Source of the DNA: Ophelia neglecta | Lineage: Eukaryota | DNA length: 64,000 bases | NCBI GenBank assembly: GCA_965285935.1 | Contig: OZ260662.1 | Span: 52,514,001-52,578,000, forward strand | Direction of reading: 5' to 3' | In this document: positions 55,405 to 64,000 of the stretch, one piece after another | How the letters are laid out: the number at the start of each line of letters is the position of its first letter | Numbering within the stretch: position 1 is the first letter of the stretch | Translations under genes and position numbers: made by a program | Notes under the pieces: generated by a model | Databases searched by the model: none | Seen by the model: the letters and a program-made list of their open reading frames with translations, nothing else | What the model was told of the DNA's origin: nothing

Positions 55405-58400
55405 TATGGTACAAACAGCTAACTAACTGTGTTCCGCTTTGTGCAAGCGCCACTATTAAAGGCAAAACACAAAGTTGATTCTAGACTTCCCGCTGTTTGC
55501 CTTTGGTTGCCTTTGTGTAATATAGGTAAGATGCCGCTCCGTTTTGGCTGTGGATGAACACGAAGGCTACAGGTTTTTTCATTGTAATTCCTCCTTTAAA
55601 TGGTGCTGTAGTTTTCCCACCGGTTATTAATGTATGTTACCTTAGTTTGTCAAGTAAATTACGGTTTGGATAAAACGCTCAATGACGGGACAAAATGGCA
55701 ATTTAAAGTGCTGTACTCAGGGCTGAACTGAGGCTGTGCAAAGGCAACTTTAATAATTAAATTTCAGACTGAGGTAAACAATTTACGGATAAATCATCAC
55801 AAATCTGCATTATCACACACTAGTATGATATTCATAATTAAGCTGTTGCGTTAATTTCTCTTTGGGCGCATGCTCTTCATTTTAGGAACTATCTAACGAG
55901 TAATGCACGGTGATGCGCATGTGCGACTATTTGGTCAATAAGAAGAATTTGGAGTTACTGTTTTACTCCTTGCAAGGCAGGTGTATCCTTGATTTTCATT
56001 TTCCAATCAAAATTCAATTCATAATCCATATTTTAAAAAACGGAAAATAAACTGATGAAAGTTTTATGTGATATACACATTTAAGACAACTATTAAAAAC
56101 CTTTACCAGATAGAGATTTTACACGACAAATCCCATTGGAGCTTGATACGCTTCTAAGATTACAAAAAAACTCGACTCCATCGGAGTTAGAATGTTGTTA
56201 TCCATGTTAGAAACCACAACTAGCCTAAAGTCAATGCGATGTTATTGTCCACTTTAAAAATAATATATGGATTTCTTCATATTTGAAGCCGAGTATGAAT
56301 ATTGGAAGATAAATTGTTGCGTGTATTGAGTGTGTCTATATAGATGTCCTTCTCTAGCCAAGCAGGGGCAGGGGCAGCTCTATCCCTAGTCTATTGTCTG
56401 TCATCCTCCTTCCACAAAGTTGAGAAATGTGGTAGTGTTCACACAACTATAGGGGGTGTGACTTTATTTACGTCTCTAATTGTTCATTATCGATTTTGCC
56501 AACAAATATCGTTTACTTTTTCGTGCGAAACTGAATTACTACGACTGACAAAGCCTAGATTATCTACAAGTCGGCTCGCGAAAAAGTAGGAAAACAACCA
56601 TTACATGCAAAACGAATGAAGGAAAGCCCTATCTTAGGCTCGAAAACCGTGATATACGCTCGGAATCTGCGGAATGTCGGAACTGCAAATTGTTAAATGC
56701 GAGATCAAGGAAAATTGTCCCTATATAGCAAGTGGCCCTCCATTTGAGGGACATTAATATAGGAAAGATAAGGCATGGCCATTGAAAAATGTCCTGTGGT
56801 CGGATGGAGTCCCATCATCAGAGGGCCCCTACATCGCAGGGACCATGCATGCACTGTGTTGGTACAAACCCGAGTTATGCCTACGTAACAGGGAACTGAG
56901 GTTTTGAGGGCCTACAAAAATGTTTTTTTTTGTGTGTGAACCGGGGACCGATTGAATGTACTATTCAGATCGCCGATATTGATTTGTCTGCGTATGATTC
57001 ACTGTTATTTTGTGAAAGTGGAAATTTTAGCACATAAATATGTTTCATATGGGTGAAATAGTAAGGTTCCAGGTGCAATGTATGAAAGTCTTTTTTATCA
57101 TATCGCTAAATATACCTATAATCCGTTATACAGAAAGTTATAGACAAAGCACCCACAATAATGTCATATTGACACACTAAAAAGTTTTAAAACAAAGTGT
57201 ATACAGTTGTAAACCAAATATACTATACAAAGCATGTGAATATTTATTAAGTTAAGTTATGCGCTGCTACTTTATGCGACAAGCCATTGCATTATAATCT
57301 AGGCGGGACACTAAAGAAAAGGGCGTATTATACCTTTCTATATATATATATATATATATTGCCACGGTACTTGAGCGCATAATGCACCAATACGGTAATA
57401 ATGTTGTCAAGTGTATTTAGAAGGTTACACTGAAAAGCAATATGAAGAGTTCCGCTATTAGAGTAAGTAATGATCCCTTTCGAGATACCGTTTTCCGCTG
57501 TAGGTTAACGTTCTCTACAGTTAATAATTAACTGTCAACTGTCAAAATGGTGCTAGACATTCACCCCCCCCCTCCCACCCTTTGAGCATGTGTTCTTCAC
57601 TCCTAGTCAGAACACTACTGTTTAACATCGTGATAGGTTATCACTCATTGATGTTAAACTTATGTTAAACTTAACTGTCATAAATGCTTGAAGTCGATAT
57701 AACAAATTTCCTATGCTGTTCTCCGGCTTTCACGACATTTAAGGCTTCACAAAGAATGTTCAGACTAAACGTTTGAACACCATCGATTTATTTTCAACAC
57801 GTTAATAATTATTACATTACGCATACTTAGTACAGCTTCCCTTCTATTTAATTATACAGTTATCACCAACTGGAAGCTCATCATATACAGGGGCCTCCCC
57901 CCCCCCCCCCCCTAACCAATTTTTTACTCCGAACAAGCCCATCTAGGCGCCCTGAACATAGGAAACTAGATGCATGTACCCACCCCAACTTCTGTCCCCC
58001 CCCCCCCCCCCCGCTTTTCAATTCCTCCGCATGGAGTGGGCCCCGATCCCTGGAAATTCCTGGATCCGCCCCTGTTATAAAGAAGCACTGCATTAACTAG
58101 AACTATCCTCAAATCATGTATCAGTTGCCTATAAGTTAAGTTCCGAAGGGTTGTTAAGTGTTGGGTGGGGTGACCAATTCGTTACAACTCAGGGAAACAC
58201 GGCAAACTCACGAAATATTGTGCCATATTTTGATACTCTCAGTGAATTGATTGCGAAATTAGAGCGTCATAGTTAAAACTTCTTTGACGTCATATATGGC
58301 CAGGTGAAAAGGGCATAGGGTAATCCGTCGGGGTCCACATCGATCTTTTTCGATGAATAACCATTCTGATGAAACTTTAATGGAAAAAAAACCTTATAAG

Positions 58401-58824
58401 AGGAAATGAGGCTGTAACACGTCTGATACGACCAGTAGATGGACCTATATGTTCTGCACACCTTTGACAGACCCAAAGCAACTAGAAAATGTCCTGTATG
58501 CGCTGCCCAGAAGCAACGAAATATGCAGCTGGTGATTTTACAACTTCCAGTTGACCGGCAAATAAGAACAGATAGGCTTATAAATGTATGACTAAGCTTT
58601 TTTAGCTGAAAAAAACAACAAATAAATGGATATTTTTTACTTATATTATACTTTTTGGCCATATTGGCCCACCCCCCACCGCCACCCCATAAGATGTATA
58701 TGGTATTTCAGCAAAGTTTCAAACGACCAACGATTCTTTCTTTTCGACTATATTTTGCAAGAATACGACGCAGGTGCCAGAGACCAGTCTTGCAATTAAC
58801 TCTACAATGTTTGTATTTTTGCAG

Positions 58825-61175
58825 GTGTTATTTCCCTCGTAGGAAAAGGAGGCGCCGTCAGAGTGCAGAAAGGCTTGGCGAGCTTTGATAACTGCACATT
58901 CACCAATAACACGGCCCGTCTGCTCGGCGGCTCCATCTTTGTCGACAGGGAAAGCACTGCGATAGTTGAAAATTCGCGTTTTGAGAACGCGGGAGACAGT
59001 AAGATGCACAGCATGCAGGGGGATATACTATACTCAAGTGGCTCCGTGCGTCTCCGGGATGTCAAGGTCGAGATTCTCACCGCTCACGACCACGTGAGTG
59101 TGTTACGTCACGGAGGCGACTACTGGTCAATGAACGTCGAAAGTTTGTGGTTTCGGTGCCCTCTTGGACATCGTCTAGTAATGATGAATACTACTTCACA
59201 TAAGATTGAAAGTGATACGGGGCTCTTAAGATCCTACAAACTAGATCAACTGTACTACTATTGTCAGATATGTGGCAATAACCACTACAGTGTTGACAGG
59301 GGGTACGTCAACTACACAGTAACAGAAAGGAATGCCGAATACTACACGCTGATGATCAACGGAGAGGAACCCTTCCAATCTCACCCAGTCAGCTTTGACT
59401 TTGGCAATATCACCTGTCGGGACTGTCCTTACGGAGCGCGCTGTGAGAACAAGCTGAAAGTCATTGCCAATTTCTGGGGCTATCAAACTGGTAATAGATT
59501 AGTCTTCCAGCACTGTCCTCCCGAATATTGCTGCAGCGAACCCACATGTCCGTCATATGACGCATGCGCACCCCACCGGACAGGACGATTGTGTGGCAGA
59601 TGCAAGGAAGGGTTTTCGGAGGCTTTGTTTTCTAGCACTTGCATATCCGATGAATTGTGTCAGAATAATTGGATCTACCCGGTTTTGGCGTGTATGGGTC
59701 TTCTTTATTGTCTCTTTCTATTATACCAAAAAGACATGCGCGATTTCCTATCAAATTGGTCGCTGGAGTGGAGGGTTTTACTCTGTTGTTTTCGCAAGCG
59801 TTCATATGCAGTGACGTACTCTAAACGCAAAGCAAAAGAAACGGAAGGGAAATCGAATATGGAGTGTCTTATGAAAGAAAAAAAATACCTGGAACCAGAC
59901 CTTAAACAGGGCATATCAAGGCATTGCGGGGCTTCCGAAGTGAAAAGCCCATCCGATGAAGGATCCCACCCACCCGATGCGGCCTTCCTCATTATACTCT
60001 TCTATTACTTTCAAGACGCCTTACTGTTACATATCGACACAATCTACACTAAAACTACCAGCAAATTTGAAAAACAGATCAAAGAGTTTTTGGTAGGACT
60101 TTTCCGCTTCCGTTTGGATTTTTTCCAGTTTCTAGATGATATTTGTTTGTATGCTGGACTACAGCCTGTACCCAAGTGCTTACTCAAGACCTTATTTGTG
60201 CCTTACGTTGTGATGTTTTTCGGACTTGCGTACGTGGCACATAGAATTTACCGAAAGTTTGCTGGTGGATCACCAAGTCACTTTATGGATCGGTTATCCG
60301 GAGGCTTCATCCTAGCCATGCTGTTTACCTACCAGAAGCTGGCAACAACCACATTCACCTTGCTGAATTGCGTGCCAGTAGCGGACGTCAGCGTTCTTTT
60401 CATCGATGGCACACAGACTTGTTTTCAAGGATGGCAGTACCTGGTTATGGGATACGCTTTCACCAGTGTGCTTCCCTTCAGCATCATTCTCATGGTTGGC
60501 CCGCCTTTACTTAAACAACAGAGAATAAGTCTATCACAGTTCTTTTTTGGCTGTTTGTGTCCTTTGCCGGCACTTGTTCATTGGTTGGTGCGTTATCAAC
60601 AGAAAACCCGTGATGAAGTTATCCCTATAACCAGCGCTGCAAACACCGTGATTCAAGTCCTGCAAGGTCCTTTTAAAGACACCAAATCTAGGCGCCTCAT
60701 TCACCAACTGTGCTGGGCGGGAGTATTACTAGGAAGACGGCTTGTACTCTTCCTTTGTTATACATTTATTAACGATGTACTTATCCGGTTGCTCTGCATG
60801 ATGGGAGTTTGCTTTATCATACTCATGCATCACATGTATGTGCGGCCATATAAGATGGGAACCGGAAATTTGTCAGGAGCCTTCAGCGCAGGCGCCCTTT
60901 TAGTGGTGGGTGCCATCAATTTAATGAGGGCAGCATTTGAGGCTGCTGAATACATACCGATGGGACCTTACAAACTATTAATGGAAGTATGCGAGGAATT
61001 GGAAAACACCTTGTTATTGTGGCTACCTCTTGCTGGCATTTGCCTCATTTTCGTTACAATAGTTGCAAAAGCTGGGCATATGTTAAAGCACCGATTCTGC
61101 TCTTCGGCTGACACACAATCGCTTGAAATTCCTATGGATGAACCCGAGACTCCTTTGACTATAACCAAATCATAA
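58825..61175 (+). CDS. Coding exon 4: last beta-helix repeats, Cys-rich stalk and multi-pass membrane domain of an uncharacterised receptor/channel-like protein
   Basis: Acceptor gtatttttgcag|GT is in frame with the 770-aa ORF. Motifs include GGAVRV, NCTFTNNTA..GGSI, CRDCPYGARC, CPPEYCC and HRTGRLCGRCKEGFS. About 9 hydrophobic segments follow, with YYFQ, W....L.RR, VRPYK and NL...S motifs. The TAA stop ends at 61175. Confidence 0.95.
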
Positions 61176-61344
61176 GAGACATAGTGCTTTTTGTCAACTT
61201 AATTTTAAACACAGCATTATCACCTTTGTCAAAACGACTCCAAAGAATTGAAACAGCAAACGCAGGCTAGTGTAGATTAACGGTGGTCAAAATGAAATTT
61301 TGTGTTTTTATTTTTGTCTGCTTAGGAAGTTCGTTCCTCCATCG

Positions 61345-61993
61345 CCCCCCCCCCCCCCTCTCCCTGGGTTTGGGGGGCCGCATGCGAGTTTACGATTTCT
61401 CGGTATTAGGGGTACTTTTTGGGCTTTGATTTCGGGCCCGAGAATTCACTAAAAAGGGGTACATTTTCGTTTTTTCTCCCGAGAAATTGAAAAAAGGGGT
61501 CTTTTTTATCAGCCTCCCGAGAAATTGAAAAAAAGGGTATGTTTCCACGCATGTGCTGAGAAAAGGGTTGGAAAGTTACCCGAGAATGGGGGGTGAAAAA
61601 CACCGCCGTCGCAAAAAAAACTTGTGGTCCTCCCAGCAGTTAAATGTTTGAGGGCACTTTCCTGGAAACAAAACTCCTCGTTTAATAGTGTTTACAACAT
61701 TTAGTAATAATAGAGAACACCCCTTCCACCTTCCATGCCTTTCAATGTGTTCAATTTAAATATTTTACCTCATGTAGATGCCCCCTATGAAAGGGGGTTA
61801 GGTGCTTCCTGGAGCCTGAGAATAGGGGTGTGATATTTCAAGCCTGAGTTAGGGGGGTAAAAAACCTGAAAAGCCCCGCGATAGCCTGAGATAAGGGGGT
61901 GAAAAATTCAATGCCTTTCTTGAGATAGGGGTCAGTTTTCAAAAATGGTGAACAAGCATGGGTTCCCTAAAATGGCGGAGTGGGGGGGGGGGG
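61345..61993. mobile_element. Non-autonomous DNA element with poly-C/poly-G ends and internal short repeats, probably within the 3' UTR
   Basis: Ends are C-run+tctcc and ggagt+G-run. Internal repeats cccgagaaattgaaaaaagggg and gcctgagataagggggtg. Confidence 0.55.
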
Positions 61994-62248
61994 TTCCTCC
62001 ATGTCGTGTTGGGCGTATTTGATTTGGATTTGTTTGTTGTATTGTTTTGCGAGTAGATTTTCCCAAGTTTGTGTGCCGTTCAGACTGAGCTTGTTTGCAG
62101 GCGACTTTGTCGTATATCACACAACATGTCTTTAAAGTCAAGTTTACGTGTGTATCAGGAAAATATATTGAGATGTACCATAACAGTGGAAACATTATAA
62201 ATGTTTAGAAATTTGTAAAATTTACGATTTATTTAAACACAAATGCAT

Positions 62249-62280
<32 letters not shown>

Positions 62281-62415
62281 TATATTATAATACAATTCCG
62301 ATTAGAATGTTTATATGATGCCGTAAATTTATATGAGTAAGGCTAATCATTGTACCCGACAGTCTGATTGCATCTTTGCATGCATATGTGGTCAAAATGT
62401 AAGCCAAATGCAGTC

Positions 62416-62421
62416 AATAAA
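62416..62421 (+). promoter_or_regulatory. Candidate polyadenylation signal of the membrane-protein gene
   Basis: First canonical AATAAA I found downstream of the stop codon; it implies a 3' UTR of about 1.25 kb. Confidence 0.4.
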
Positions 62422-62905
62422 ATATAATATAACTGCAACATTCAGTTCTCCATATTTATTGCAAAATTTCGCACACCCGATGTGTTTTTTTTAACGATAA
62501 TTGTTGCGTTGTAGACTTTGAAAGTCTTCATAGCAATAACACGATGAATGGATTATGTCATTATTCAATGGTCATTGGTTCACTAGAAAAACTGGGACGG
62601 TTGGTCTTCTAAATGAAAGAGAGACTGGAAAAAAATCGTATTGGTAGTTCAGGTATGCAAATAAAACTATACAATACAACGTCAAAGTATCTATAAAACA
62701 ATGGACCATTCTGAGGAGGGACAATAAAAGGAATTAAATAGCAGGATTACCAAATGCTTTATTCTAAGCTTAGCCTTAGCACCCTGATTGATTTTCAATC
62801 TCGATGAAATTAAGTGAACCAAACATAAGTTTCTCATTACTCAAAATCACCTTTTCAAATTAAACTGTTAGTCGACATTGAAATATTCTTAATGCAAAGT
62901 GTACC

Positions 62906-62990
62906 TTATATCTGGGTGAACCACTAGATTTCTTTTGGCACCCTCAGCTACACGTTTTCAACTAAATTGGTTATCACTTCACAAAAATGT
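62906..62990. repeat. Second copy of the 48590 repeat, interrupted by a Helentron-associated insertion
   Basis: Identity to 48590-48674 stops abruptly at aaaatgt|aacaag. Confidence 0.8.
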
Positions 62991-63450
62991 AACAAGTAGG
63001 CCAGCGGGCCCACGGTCTCCCGTCGCTAAATAATTAATTGGCAAAAAAGAAGATGGACAAGAGATGTATATTAATGGTTGAGAATCAGTATGAGCCACTG
63101 AGGTGATTAATGACTACGGGGTATATGGAAATGATATGTTCAAATTATTTGTCACTATGAGGGACGGACGCAATTGGTCATAGTGCCGCAAACAGGCATG
63201 GAATGGACTGCTCATAGTAAAGAACAGAGGTAGACCCAAATTGTATGGCTGTGCAGCAGATATGACTCCTGTTGGCAGGGGCACACCCGTGGCTGATGTA
63301 GAACATTTGTGTGAAGCCTAATGAACTTGAGTGCAGGCAAAATACAGCCCGGAAGGGAACGACCATGATCACGACCACAGCCACAGCCACAACCATGAAT
63401 CCCCCTAAATGTTAATATCCCTGCAGTCTTTCAGACGCGAGAACATAATT
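62991..63450 (-). mobile_element. Helentron-associated element (reverse orientation)
   Basis: aacaag end, hairpin ggcc-agcg-ggcc (62999-63010), imperfect subTIRs ggtctcccgtc (63014-63024) and gacgcgagaac (63434-63444), and a degenerate microsatellite (ccacag)n near 63360-63395. Inserted at an AA/TT site. Confidence 0.6.
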
Positions 63451-63494
63451 AGGGTTTGTGACAAAGTGAAAATATAGACAGAACCATCTATACT

Positions 63495-64000
63495 CCTGTT
63501 TTGCATAAAAAGTAGGCCAAAGTTCAGTGACCCCAAAAGGCACAACTAGGGCCCATGGGGAATGCTCCTGTGAAGTTTGGTCCCAATCGGCGCAGAAGTT
63601 TCCGAGATATGCTGTGGAAATGAAGCATTGCCGAAATTGCACAAATCTGGTCCTTGTTTCGCCAGAAGAGTAGGCCAAAGTTCAGTTACCCCAAAAGGCA
63701 CAACTAGGCCCCATGGGGAATGCTCCTGTGAAATTTGGTTGTAATGGGCCAAGCAGTTTGCGAGATATGCTCCGGAAATGAAGCATAGGCGGAATTGCAC
63801 AAATAGGGCCCTAGTTTTGCAAGAAAAGTAGACCAAAGTTCAGTTACCGCAAAAGGCACAACTAGGGCCCAAGGGGGATGTTCCTGTGAGGTTTGGTCGT
63901 AAGCGGCCCAGTAGTTTCCGAGATATGCTCCATAAACGAAGCATTGGTGATATTGCACAAATCGGGCCCTATTTTCGCAAGAGAAGTAGGCCAAAGGTCA
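63495..64000. repeat. 158-bp tandem repeat (satellite-like, probably the core of a Helentron-type element), running off the window
   Basis: The taggccaaagttcagt-like landmark starts at 63513, 63671, 63829 and 63987, a period of exactly 158. Confidence 0.92.

Noticed and set aside
55703-56257. Kolobok-like element (TTAA-AGTG ... CACT-TTAA)
   Set aside because: The terminal match is only 4 bp beyond TTAA, too weak without other copies.
54413-61168. Antisense and alternative-frame ORFs overlapping exons 3 and 4
   Set aside because: They are shadows of the real coding frame.
63412-63994. Three similar minus-strand ORFs
   Set aside because: They are artefacts of the 158-bp tandem repeat.

Overview
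AT-rich, repeat-laden eukaryotic DNA with GT-AG introns, most likely from an invertebrate animal (inferred from composition and repeat types; the taxon cannot be determined). There is no prokaryotic operon, CRISPR array, rRNA or tRNA. One well-supported gene lies on the + strand, with four coding exons (42169-42205, 53217-53495, 54088-54927, 58825-61175) joined by three phase-1 introns. They splice into one frame of about 1168 aa: signal peptide, right-handed beta-helix with Pmp-like FxxN/GGA repeats, Cys-rich stalk, then about 9 hydrophobic segments. Its function is unknown. The first 16 kb is a mosaic of locally duplicated modules (2-4 diverged copies). The rest holds Helentron-associated elements (two with paralogous empty sites in the window), CR1/L2-type LINE relics, a foldback/MULE-like element, several MITEs, a possible SRCR pseudo-exon and a candidate intronic RNA pseudoknot. 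Most short ORFs in the supplied track look spurious.
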